A stretch of DNA of 64,000 bases, from positions 496,001-560,000 of the forward strand of contig OZ287081.1 in NCBI GenBank assembly GCA_965645245.1, in the 5' to 3' direction. This stretch comes from Massalongia carnosa (taxonomy: Eukaryota). Position 1 is the stretch's first letter. The number at the start of each line of letters is the position of its first letter. The translations under genes and the position numbers were made by a program. The notes beneath the pieces were generated by a model that did not search any database, was not told where the DNA came from, and worked only from the letters and a program-made list of their open reading frames with translations. Shown here one piece after another: positions 11,523-22,695 of this stretch.

Positions 11523-12017
11523 AGTATGAATACATCATCATCATCATCATTGGGTGCTCTAAACAGCTGCGACTTCTTTTAACTAAAACTTAACTTTTTT
11601 TTTCATAAGCTATGGTTTCATCGTCATGATTATTTTCACCTTTGCTGACATAATTCGACTAGCCCAGATCAGATCCATTCTAAGAAACACTAGACTAGGT
11701 TATCCAGCAGCAAAGACGAGTAGCCTAGTGATACGAGAGGAACTCAATGGTGAGGTTTTACGGTGGGGAATTTTCTCACACTATCACAGCTATCGCACCA
11801 CCTCAGGACAGCTACAAGAGGCATCATGGCAGCACCTTCGAAGCAGATACACGCTGCTGGTTCGTTCAGTTTTCTAAGAATATTATGTGAATACTCCGTA
11901 CCGTCTATTTGCGCCTTATTTATTGTTCTATTATCCTCCTAACTTAATTTCAGACTTTCTTTTCCACTTAGTTGAAATCGTGTCTTCTATCCTAAACCCG
12001 ACTGTCTTACTCAAGCC

Positions 12018-12541
12018 ATGAAGCTTACTAGATCATTATTTTATTCCTCTCTCCTAGCAGCAAGCGTAAATGTAGCTGTTCGCCTAGCCTCTGCAGTAAA
12101 TAGCTGTTCATCTAGCTGCTTGACCAATCATGGCCTTCGTATTTAAGAGTCTTTGGACGCGAATCTCTGGGCCTGGTAACGCTTCTTCCACCCTTAAGGT
12201 TCTCCAAGTAAGTCCACAGCCACGCTGACGAAACCCTCTTAACTAGCAATCAGTATCTCGATTCCTGCTGCCGTCGCCATAGAGAGAGAATAAACATTGA
12301 AGTGCCGTTCGAACTGGACCGCGCGCAGCAGCTTGCCATACCATATACGAGCATATTTAAGGCGATATACAAGGGGGATTATTCCGGACCTTTTCCAGAT
12401 CCCGAAAGCTGCTCCAGGTTCATCCTGTGTGACCATGGAAGTGCGTACAGATTCGATCGCCCGACCGGCATGTATTTCAATCCCGTAGGCAAGATGTGTG
12501 ATCGGTGAGAGAATGTGCAATGCGAGGAACGGCCCGAATGA
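12018..12541 (+). pseudogene. Decayed secreted chitin-binding protein (CBM14/peritrophin-A, Avr4-like)
   Basis: Signal-peptide-like MKLTRSLFYSSLLAASVNVA from ATG 12018. The domain at 12368-12523 reads Y-x13-C-x5-C-x9-R-x12-C-x7-C with GPFPDPESC, PTGMYFNP and CDR*ENVQC. Two Cys positions are substituted and there is an internal TGA. The upstream exon structure is uncertain (possible intron 12208-12246). Confidence 0.7.
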
Positions 12542-12961
12542 GGATTTCTTGGCTTGAAAACTCGAGGGGCTTAAACGAGGATTATCTAGTCCTAGGCCTC
12601 CTATGAAAGGCTTGCACCTGTGTACATTAGCCATGACGGTTCGGCTAGGATATCTTGATATTTTTCATCGGAGAACAAGATCTTGCGATCGAGTTGGCTT
12701 CATTAACGACCGATTTTTGTAGCTAAGCACATGAAAACTTACAGATACACGAGGAGAAAAAAAAATAAGATCTGACTAGATACCTAGCTAATAGCCAAGA
12801 CTCTCTCAGGGATACATTGATATCCAGCAACTCGATCCGCCTTCCCCACCCAATGACCCACAGCCAATCGCCAAGCAACCACATCGCTCCTTCCAGGCCG
12901 CGCCTAATGAGCCCCATAATTCCGAAAAGAAAACCGAAGAGATCAAACGCAAGCTTAAACC

Positions 12962-13006
12962 AAGAAGAAGAAGAAGAAGAAGAAGAAGAAGAAGAAGAAG
13001 AAGAAG
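12962..13006. repeat. (AAG)15 microsatellite
   Basis: Perfect trinucleotide run. Confidence 0.95.
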
Positions 13007-13630
13007 GAAAGTGAAGCAAGAGGACCAGGTTCGGGAATCTATCTCTCTTTCCTATTCCGCCACCCTATCGGTTCAAACTCGATAGGAGAGATAAGCTAAT
13101 AACAATAATAACGACCCCATAAGAGAACCGGTGATTAATGGAGGGATTAACCGCATCCTTGTAGTGCGATGAGAAAGAGAAGGTGACGACTCAGGCAGGT
13201 GAATTCCGGGGTTGGTTGGTTGGTTGGTTGGTGGAGGGGAGGGGAGTAGAAGGAGGAGATGGGGGAGATGGGGGGAAACGAAAGAAAACGAAGAAACTTT
13301 TTTGCCTGCTGTTTCATGTCGTTTATTTTATCCCCTCGTTTGCTCCGTCCTCAACCTTAAAAGACGAGACGAAAACTGGAAAAGAAATACAAAGGAAAAT
13401 TTGACCCGGGAGACCAAGACCAAAAGATCGAAGATCTAAAGAAGATGAAGAGGAAGGAGTCTCGAAATCTGTTTCTACCTCTGAAATGCATGCGTATGTC
13501 GAAGGGAACGTAAGAAGGGAGCCACGTAAAATATAAAAACCCTGCCCAGCAATTCAAAAAAACGAATGTTATGATCCATCGCCTCATTTCCACTCTTCGC
13601 CTTTACTTCACTCAGCCCAACCCAACTGTC

Positions 13631-16453
13631 CTACACCCTACCGCCCGGCTTCCTCGCCCACCCGCTCAAACACCTCCATCCCGCCCCTGTAAACTTGCCC
13701 TCCTCCAATACAGCCCCAAGTCCTTGCAGGAACAGCTCCCTTCCCATCTCCACCTCTAGCTTCAGCATCCACTGCTCCCACGCCCAGCTGCCCACCAAGC
13801 CCGCCACGTTCGCCACGTCTGCTGTGGAGCCGACAGGACCCTGAACCGCCTCAGTCGTGCTGGCATCGTAAGTAGCGACGTCAGGCGGAGGGGTTTCGGG
13901 AAGGAGGGGAGATTGTTTTGGCGGGGCGCCCATGGGGAGAAAGGTCCAAGCGCGCTTGATGTCATCGAACCCCGCACGGCGAACACGACCGAGCCAATTC
14001 TTGGTGGGCGCAGGGTCGTAGCCACGCGTCTTTAGGTTGAAGCCAAACTCGACGGAAATGGCGGTGCCGCGGGACCCGGCGTTAACGAGTTCAGAATCGA
14101 GAAGGAAGAACTCGAGGTATCCGCCCGGCTTGAGGCAGCGGAGGCATTCACGTAGGCAGAGGTCATATTCGTCCATGGCTTGGCCGAGGGGTTTTTCGTT
14201 CTTGAGATAGGTGAAGAGGGAGCGAGCGGAGATGGCGTCAAAGTGGCTGTCGGGATAGGGCAGTTCCCAAAGTTTAGAGATGGATACACAGCGGTGGTTG
14301 CGAGGACCGCGGATATTGGTGTCGATCAGGTGCATTTCCGTGGTTGCGGTATACACTTTAGAATTTGGGTACTCGCGAGCACAATGCCATGCCCAATCGC
14401 AGCTTGGAAGACCACCATGGTCTAAGATACGCATGCACGAAGTAGCATCATCGTCATACGATTTGCCAGCTAAGTCTCTGATGGCAGGGCTGTTGAGAAG
14501 TTTCCCTCCGTTGAGAAACCTGGAAGCTTCAACAACCCAGACTGAGGTGTTCAACTGCTCCAATGCTTGACGCTCCTTCTCCACACGACTGATGACCTTT
14601 TGCTCGGTAGTCTGCTCATTCTCGTCCGCGTCCTTGCCGGGAAACATTGAAATGGGGCGTAGTGGCGCTGGGCGATTTGCCCTGGTGATGGCGTAATTGC
14701 CTTGAAGTCGCTCGAGATGTTCATGGGGCAGACAGTTACGGCTAGCTTGCACTGCGTCGGATCTCGCTTGTCCATGTCTAAAAGCATCCTTGCTGTTGGT
14801 GTCCTTTGAGATATGTTGGAAGGCGTGATAATAGACTGAATCTCCTTGATGGGACATACCCTCGCTGGTGAGTTCGCGTCCTGCTGTTCCGGTTTCAAGG
14901 AACCTGACTGCCTTTTTCATCGGTGAATCAATGGAGTCGCTTCGCAAATGTCGCGAAACTCTCTTGGAATCCTCAGAGTCAAGGCCAACCTCATTCACAG
15001 GATTAGTCTCTCTCAACGCGGCCATGTACGATGATTGAGCAGCCAGCCAGATACTCGTCCTGTCGAGGCTGTTGTCCGCCGCTTGCGAAATCCCTTGCTC
15101 GTAATCCTCATCGCAGTCATCAACAGATTCTTCTGTTGGAAGCCGCGAAGGCTGAGAAATCTCGGACACGGCATGCTCTTGTATGGGGATAGCAAGGGAA
15201 ATTGGTCGAGCGGTAGGAGGGCCCTCGGTACTATGGTCATCGACCTCCAGAATTTGTTCCACGGTTGACTGTGGATCGATATTCCATGGACAGTTGTAAA
15301 ACTGCTCGGCAATGGTTGAAGAAGGAGGAATTAGGGACCCTGGCCTTGACTTGGGACATGCCCATGTGTGTCTGGCGTTAGAGCCCAGAGATGAGAAAAA
15401 GCCGCCTGGTGACGGAATACTGAGCTGGTCGAGGCTGTAATCCGAAATTTGTGAAATTGGGGTCATATCGACCGTCCTTCGACGCATGGCCTCGAAGGGT
15501 ATTTCCTCCATTTCCGCTACGGACTCGGTGTCAGCGGCAAAATCGGGCTTGACAGGAATGTCAAGGGAAAGGTGCTGCAGGGTAAGGAGCGCCTCCGCCG
15601 GAAGTTGAACACCAGCGTCCGAAACATTGTCATCCGTTCCCAGGACCGGGCTATCGGGCATGGCAACGCCTGCATCAGATCCAAAATCGCGTACAATTGT
15701 GCCCTCTCCCAACACAAAATTTTCTAGCTGATCCCAATAATCTTCTAGAACTTGGTATTCAGGATCTTTGGTAGGGTAAGAAAGGCCCGAGTTTGGCCTT
15801 TGCTGTATCTCCGCCTGACCCCATGTCTCTCCACTGCCTGGGTGATTTTGCATGTCAGGCGTAACCGGCGCAGTCGAGCAAGCAAGGGGGTCTGAGATGA
15901 GACTGCCATCAAGTGATGGGGGTTGGCTGGAGCTTGGAATGTTGCGGCTCAACAGAGAAAGGACTGCTGGTGAGAGTGGAATCTTTGGAGGAGGGGCGGG
16001 CGAGATCATGGGAGAAATTTTCTGCAGCTTCTGGATCGTAGGCCACTGGCTCGGGGATGGGATGACGATAGAGGGATACCGATTCCGGGTTTCTTTGGAG
16101 CCGTACGCCTTCCCCGACGAAGCGCTCATGGAATAGGTCGCTCTCGATGGAGTTAGGTTGCAATCCTCTATTGAATCATCATCGCTGACGTCATATAGTT
16201 CGTCAAAGTCTTGCGATCGTCTGTTATTACGGTAATACGATGATATTGTGGACGTCAATGAAGGGACTGGAGATATCGATCCAACCGAGCGACTATTGAT
16301 CGAATTGCGTGCCCTCCCTCGACCTCCATCCTCCTCAATGTAGCTGTCCTCATCTTCGCTGTGCTCGTCTTCTACTATGGTATTAAGTACGTGTTTCCGG
16401 GCCTGCCGGATTGGGGGTTCGTATCTTGTAGCCGGTAAAAGATAGTTGTCCAT
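13631..16453 (-). CDS. Large fungal protein with a disordered Ser/Pro-rich N-terminus and a C-terminal class I SAM-methyltransferase-like domain
   Basis: Single long ORF with RILDHGG, LPYPDSHFDAISARS and LRECLRCLKPGGYLE motifs. Start placed at the first ATG (MDNYLLP). Confidence 0.85.
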   Translation of the reverse strand: MDNYLLPATRYEPPIRQARKHVLNTIVEDEHSEDEDSYIEEDGGRGRARNSINSRSVGSISPVPSLTSTISSYYRNNRRSQDFDELYDVSDDDSIEDCNLTPSRATYSMSASSGKAYGSKETRNRYPSIVIPSPSQWPTIQKLQKISPMISPAPPPKIPLSPAVLSLLSRNIPSSSQPPSLDGSLISDPLACSTAPVTPDMQNHPGSGETWGQAEIQQRPNSGLSYPTKDPEYQVLEDYWDQLENFVLGEGTIVRDFGSDAGVAMPDSPVLGTDDNVSDAGVQLPAEALLTLQHLSLDIPVKPDFAADTESVAEMEEIPFEAMRRRTVDMTPISQISDYSLDQLSIPSPGGFFSSLGSNARHTWACPKSRPGSLIPPSSTIAEQFYNCPWNIDPQSTVEQILEVDDHSTEGPPTARPISLAIPIQEHAVSEISQPSRLPTEESVDDCDEDYEQGISQAADNSLDRTSIWLAAQSSYMAALRETNPVNEVGLDSEDSKRVSRHLRSDSIDSPMKKAVRFLETGTAGRELTSEGMSHQGDSVYYHAFQHISKDTNSKDAFRHGQARSDAVQASRNCLPHEHLERLQGNYAITRANRPAPLRPISMFPGKDADENEQTTEQKVISRVEKERQALEQLNTSVWVVEASRFLNGGKLLNSPAIRDLAGKSYDDDATSCMRILDHGGLPSCDWAWHCAREYPNSKVYTATTEMHLIDTNIRGPRNHRCVSISKLWELPYPDSHFDAISARSLFTYLKNEKPLGQAMDEYDLCLRECLRCLKPGGYLEFFLLDSELVNAGSRGTAISVEFGFNLKTRGYDPAPTKNWLGRVRRAGFDDIKRAWTFLPMGAPPKQSPLLPETPPPDVATYDASTTEAVQGPVGSTADVANVAGLVGSWAWEQWMLKLEVEMGRELFLQGLGAVLEEGKFTGAGWRCLSGWARKPGGRV

Positions 16454-17451
16454 TATAGCTGTAATTGTAAATATATTGACTCTGAAAGAGTGAAAACTAG
16501 TAAGAGGTATTAGAATCAATATAAGCACCGTCCGGTCAACGGATCTAATGTTAGAGCAGTAGAGAATAATAGGTGTGATCGATCAACGAACAACACCAAC
16601 GAGAAAAAGAAAGCACAAATTAAAGAGTCCAAGAAGCAATTATAGCTAAGTAAAGGTGGAATAGCGAATCCTGATGACGGCCAACGTCTTGGACTTATAA
16701 TTATTGTCGGAGCCGCAACTCCCACCTCTCAGCGGTTGCAACTTCACTTAGCGTGGGAGAATTGATAGGTTGAATATAAACTTAGCATGATGAAGCAGAA
16801 TTGCAATGCAGGAACCGGAAGATTATTGGAACGAGTCTGGTTGACAGCGCCATCACAACGCGATTGATTGGGGGGGTTGCACAAGAGACCCAATCACACT
16901 TAAACAACGCAGGCACTCTTCTGGTTTGGCGTATGCACGAATGGCTGAGTTGTCGCTGATGGGGATTGGTCAAGGATGCATGACTGTACGCGCCAATAAA
17001 TTCCGTTGCTATATTGAGCGCTTAGAGAACCTCAATGGCCCGCCAAGCTCTCCTTGTTCTAGAATCTCTAACGGCATCAGGCTTAGCCGCATCTTGTTGT
17101 CCGTGAAGAAAGATGAATAACATTTTGGCGACTTGAGTTCCTCGAGTTATTACACATAGTATAGGTTTTCCAGATAAAGGCGAAAGGTTGGGCAGAAGTT
17201 GCTCTTCCGAGCGTTTCGCTGATCAACTTTTTCCCTTTTCAGAACTGTTGCATTATCGAAGACTCTAACTATTTCAGGCTTCCACTCTTTCCCTCCTTTC
17301 CCCACACTTCCACCCACCGCTTTAGCGACCTGCAGGAAACGGCCGTTACCACGAAACATATTTCAACTATGACACTTGGCTGTGATTTATTCGTGAACAA
17401 GATGCTCTAGACATTAAATTCACTGGTTAAATCGAGTGACACGACAGCAGT

Positions 17452-18393
17452 ATGTCTCCTAAAGCCATCATCGCACCTTCCATCCTCTCAGCCGATTTCG
17501 CCGCTCTAGGCGCTGCCTGCGTGGACACAATCAGCCATGGAGCTTCGTGGCTACACATCGATGTGATGGATGGCCACTTCGTTCCAAACATGACCTTTGG
17601 GGCGCCAGTCGTGGCCAAGATCCGTCCTCACGTCCAACGGCCCACAGCAGCGTATGGTAATGGCACATTTGATTGCCATATGATGATCGCTGAGGTAGGT
17701 ATGGTGTACGCCATGGCTCCTATATCACCTGTTCAATCAATAGTGTCACTCGCAGCGCTAACCCGTTTACGGGAGCGTGGCGCTAGCCCAAGAAATGGGT
17801 AAAGGAGTTCCAAAGGGCTGGTTGCGATCTGTACTGCTTTCACTACGAAGCTGCTGTCGCCTCTACAGCCGCTGAGAACCCCGCGGATCATGTTGACGGC
17901 CTGACGAACCCGAAGGAACTGATCCGGTTCATTCATAACCAGGGCATGCTGGCCGGCATCGCCATCAAACCCGACACCTCCGTTAACGTGTTGTGGGACA
18001 TTTTAGAGAACCCCAATAAGGAAGAAACTCCAGATGTTAGCAATCCCCAGCGACTGTTCCGTCCTTCCTCGTCCTAACAGACCCATAGAGAGAAACAAAA
18101 CTGACTGTGTCGCATGACAGATGGTTCTTATTATGACGGTACACCCTGGCTTTGGCGGCCAAAAGTTCATGGCATCAGAGCTTCCCAAGGTCCGGGCTCT
18201 ACGCAAACGCTACCCAGAATTAAACATTGAAGTCGACGGTGGGCTAGGCGAGGGCACGATTGATCAAGCGGCGGAGGCAGGCGCCAACGTAATAGTGGCC
18301 GGTTCAGCTGTATTCGGGGCAGAGGATCCCGCGGCTGTGATTCGGACGTTGAGGGAGGCGGTGGAGAAAAGAAGGGGGGGAGGTTCTAGTTGA
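17452..18393 (+). CDS. RPE1: Ribulose-phosphate 3-epimerase
   Basis: [51 protein letters not shown] and [12 protein letters not shown]. Introns at 17695-17786 and 18036-18120. Confidence 0.97.
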
Positions 18394-18731
18394 TGGAGGT
18401 AGTCGGTCACAGCTATCATCTATAGAAAATCGACACCATAGAGGACCAGCTCTGCTCCAATCCAACTTTTGCACAATCCTCGAGTGCATTCTTCGATTTC
18501 CTTTCCTAATCCACTCTTGGAGCTTCAACCCATCAGAAGGAAAGCGATTCATAACATGTCTAATAGGCAGGTAGTCTGCTTTGGGCCCTGATCTGCGAGA
18601 CGGTGCTACCCGAGGGTCTGCTAGTTATAGCTCCGCCGGGCTGCGGGGCCGGATCCCAATCAAACGTCATCCCACTTATAACTTACCTTCTGAACAGCGC
18701 AAATATATCACAGCTCAACGACAACAACATT

Positions 18732-19713
18732 ATGGCAGACTCCACCCCCAAATCATACCATACTGATCCAACCCTGTACCTTTACACCTCTCTCACCGCC
18801 GGGTCTTCACACATTATCACCGCCACCTCGCGACTGGAAACAATTCTCAAAGCGAATAAAATCCCTTTCTTGGCCTTGGATGTCGCTACCGATGAAAAGG
18901 CGCGTATGCTCTGGGGTCGACGGGCGGGGAAACGAAAGCTCCCAGGATTGGTGAGGATGGGCATGGTCGTTGGCGTACGCTCGTTCTCTGCATTCTCTGA
19001 GCATTGACTGTTTCACCCCGCTAAATTCTTATATAGGATTTAGAAGAGGTGGAGGAATGGAACGAGTATGGCGAACTTAAAGAGAACCTCGCGCCTGGAG
19101 CAGCAGCACCTCCGATTTCCACTCCATCCGCGCCGAGCACCCCTTCAAAGCCTCCTAAACCCACCAATTCTCCTTCCAAGCCTTTAATCACCTCCGCTAC
19201 CCCGCCACAACCGTCGCAGCCGTCAGCCACAGATAGCCCTTTGACGACAGCAATGCGGCAAGCAGGACTCGAAGCGGCGAAGAAGGCTGGCGACGCAAAG
19301 TTGAAAGCACGGATCATACATTTTGGGGACTCAAAAGCTTCCAGCGACGTATTAAAGAAATTGGATAATTCCACAATTAGGGATATGCCGCCTCCAATGG
19401 GCACAACCGAAGCAAGCCCGGTGGTAGTTCCGGAGTCGGGCTCTACGGCCGTCGAATCGAAAGCAAGGACGATTTCAGTTACGTCTACAATGCAAAGCAA
19501 GAATACAGTGCACTTTCAGATTTCAAAGGGGAGGGATTCACCCGTTGTTGCTACGCCACCAGTGGAAGAAAGTCATTCCACTGGTGAGAACAAGAAGAAG
19601 GATTTAGCGTCCGAGGAGGATGATGTAGACAAAGCCACCGCGCCCAAGAAACCACCTCCAACCGAGCTCGAAAAAAATCTCCAAAGCTCCTCTAACAATG
19701 ATGACAAGGACGG

Positions 19714-19755
<42 letters not shown>

Positions 19756-20011
19756 GAACAATGAGGCAGCACCAAGGAGGCCCTCCAATCCCCCAAATAT
19801 AGAACCCGAAAACCAAGAAACCTACATCATCAAATTGCTTAAACAGCAAGGCAAAACTGGCGGGCCACTCCTTGACCATACGAAATTAGACCAACATCCC
19901 GCAGGCGCAGCCGCTACAATATATGAAGCTGAACCGTTATCAAATACGAAAAAGCCGCAGGAACAGGATGCTGCTAATAGGGGAGAGGTAGGGGCGAGTG
20001 TAAAGGATTAA
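18732..20011 (+). CDS. SH3BGR/glutaredoxin-like N-terminal domain protein with a long low-complexity, poly-Asp C-terminus
   Basis: LYLYTSLTAG...RLETILKANKIPF..LDVATDEKARMLW...LPGLV|DLEEVEEWNEYGEL; the intron at 18975-19036 joins the two ORFs in frame. Confidence 0.8.
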
Positions 20012-20445
20012 TTGCTTGGATTTGATGGTTGAGGAGGGGTTTTTCGTAGTGTTTGGAAGAAGAATTTAACGATCTAGAATAGATGAGAACTAGTCTGGCG
20101 ATATAGCATCTTGTGCTAGCGGCGCTGGTTCTCTCAAATTTTTTGTCGGTTGGTGGGGTGGTTATATTTTGTAGCGATCCCTCCTACGATTCCATGCGAT
20201 ACCAGACGTCCTCCCCCTACCATACATAAGTATCTAAAGAATTGTTCACTCCGCGTTCATAAGAGAACTAAAATCTCGCACATCTACTACTATCTCGCCG
20301 CCAAACCGAACCAAACAATTCAGTTCAATCCATGAGATTATCCCCCGTACCTACGCGCCCCGTCGTCGACTACAACTAGCACATCCCCTCATCCGCCTCC
20401 ATCCTATACAAATCATTCCACCTCTCTAGCCTCACTTAACCTAAA

Positions 20446-21188
20446 ATGCTCTTCTTCAGGTACTACCCTTCTTCCCGTCTTCTCCTGTTCCCCCTCCCCC
20501 CTCATCCCCCTTCCCCTGCAAGACAACCTGGGGCTAACCCCCTCCCTCTCCCTACAGTTTCTTTAAAACCCTCGTCTCCCACCCCGTCACCGTTGAGCTG
20601 AAAAACGACCTCCGCATCTCCGGCACCCTGAAATCTGTCGACCAGTTCCTGAACATCAAGCTTGATGACATCAGCGTCGAAGAGGAGGGGAGGTGGCCGC
20701 ATTTGGTGAGTGGAATGGGACTTGTTTTTACTGCTTATTAGTTGTGTTTGACTTTAGTTTTTACAAATTCAGTTTCATGTTCCAACAGATCATGTTCCCT
20801 TGATGACTACGGAAGCGGATTTCTGGGGGCGGTGGAGTGGGAAGGAGGAGAGGCAGAGGGAGTGGGAAAAAAAAACGCTAACATAACCGTTGCGCTGGGT
20901 GGAATAGTCGTCAGTGAAAAACGTCTTCATTCGCGGAAGCGTAGTGCGGTACGTGCATCTGCCCGCGTCCGGCGTGGACGTGGCGCTACTAGAGGATGCG
21001 ACGAGGAGAGGTTCGTTTTCTTCTTTCCTATTCTCCCTTTTTTCTTCCCTTGTTCCTTGTCCATCTTTCAATTTTACTCCATTCCGTTCGCTCCTCTCTA
21101 GGATCTTGGTAGAGACAAGGGGAGAGAGTTGCTGATACGCATATACGCACATCTAGAAGCCGCACAACAGGCTGGCAAGACGAAATAA
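20446..21188 (+). CDS. LSM2: U6 snRNA-associated Sm-like protein LSm2
   Basis: Spliced product MLFFSFFKTLVSHPVTVELKNDLRISGTLKSVDQFLNIKLDDISV...WPHLSSVKNVFIRGSVVRYVHLP...LLEDATRREAAQQAGKTK. Introns at 20460-20557, 20706-20907 and 21011-21156. Confidence 0.95.
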
Positions 21189-21577
21189 AACCCCTCTCCC
21201 CACACGGCAAACCCATTAAAACTGCCGCCTACATTCCGTGCAAAATATCATTTCTCTCCTCCTCTTCCACCACCATCATCTACCTCTTTCAGCCGGCTTT
21301 ACCTACACTTATCCCGAGCAAGGAAAGGGGAGGGAAGCTACAATTTCACAACGACGATTAAACAGGCAAGGAGGCGGAAAGACCAAAGTCTCGTCTAGTT
21401 TAGCCCAGTCCAATTATTCAGCTAAGTGGCTTTATATATATAGGTATGGTACACCTTTTCTCAAAAACCGAGATTACCAATTGCCGGAAACTCTCACTTA
21501 GAGGGGGAAAATGGAACTTTGAGCAAGGACTAGTTGTGAATAATTGCTCCCTTCTTCGTAAACGTGGGGAATTCAGA

Positions 21578-21597
21578 GGGGGGGGGGGGGGGGGGGG
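21578..21597. repeat. Poly-G tract (20 nt)
   Basis: Homopolymer in the low-complexity spacer between the convergent LSM2 and PSO2 genes. Confidence 0.9.
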
Positions 21598-22695
21598 TGT
21601 TCGGGAACCCTCCAAGAAAGCGGAGTGGAATCTAGAGGATTTTCGCTTTCTGGGGATTATTGCAAAGGCTATGGATGGATTCTTTTCCATGGCTAGCAAG
21701 CTACCTATCTACCTACCTATCCAATTTCCAATACATACTTCCCGTCTACTACCTACGCTCATAGGTACTCAGTTACCCCCTCCCTTCTCCCCCCCCCTCC
21801 AAATCCAATAAATCTCTCCTTTCCCAACCCCCCGGCCCTGGGCCCAGCCCAACCCAGCCCAAGCCATTTCAGTCCAAAGTAACAAATCACATTTCCCATT
21901 TTCTTCTTCTTCTTCTTCTTCTTCTTCCCTTTCCCCAACGCAGTTTTCCCTAGGAGGGATAGCAAGATCGGGATGAGGGGGATGGCTCTTTTTTTTGGTG
22001 TATTTTGTTTTCTTCATTAGAATCGGTATATACGTATACATAGCAAAGCAAGTAGATTTGATATTTACCTTCGCGCTTCATGCACCTTTCCTTCCTTCCT
22101 CGAGTAGGGATCTATTCCTTGCCTTTTTCTGGAAGGGGGAAGGGGGAAGAAGGGGGGGTTAATTTCTCTCTCTCTTCCTTGCCTCTCCCCTGCCCCTCCA
22201 AAAGAAAGGGGAAAGGGGGCGAGAAAAGGAGAAGATACGAAAACGTATGGAAGAGGACGGACGGGGTGCGCGAGGAATGGGAGCTAGACCTTTGGGTCAT
22301 GGTTGGGGATGGGACGGGCGGAAGATGGATCAAGAATCAAGGAATAAAGATGGAGCGCAAAGGGAGCGGTGATTGATGGTCGTGTTGGTGCGGCTGTTCT
22401 GTTTCTATTTTTTTTGGGGGATTGTTTTCTTTTTTTGAAAAAAAGGGAATGAAAAAAAGGGGGTGAATGAATGAATGAGAGATGGAAATGAATGGATTGA
22501 GGGAGGGATACCGGGTTTTTGTGAATGGAGTATGGGTTTGTTGGGTTTGGCTTGCTGTAAGGGTAGTATATTTATGTGTACGGAGAGTCGAAAATTTGGG
22601 GTTTGAACAGTGAAATAGAACAAAAGGGAGACGTATAACACCTCCTCCCCCCTCCCTAAAATTCCTTTAAAAACGTGAACTGTACCTCCCCAGAA

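Larger units (their letters stand above)
3179..11548 (+). mobile_element. Full-length Tad1-like non-LTR retrotransposon (LINE) carrying a nested insertion
   Basis: 15-bp TSD ATTGGGTGCTCTAAA at 3164-3178 and 11549-11563; (CAT)n 3' tail; gag-like ORF1 followed by an APE-RT-zinc knuckle ORF2. Length is about 5.25 kb once the nested element is removed. Confidence 0.95.

Noticed and set aside
12723..13600. Poly-Ser and poly-Glu ORFs
   Set aside because: Artefacts of the (AAG)15 microsatellite and low-complexity DNA.
21238..22650. Many overlapping short ORFs between LSM2 and PSO2
   Set aside because: Homopolymer and purine/pyrimidine tracts with no coding motifs.
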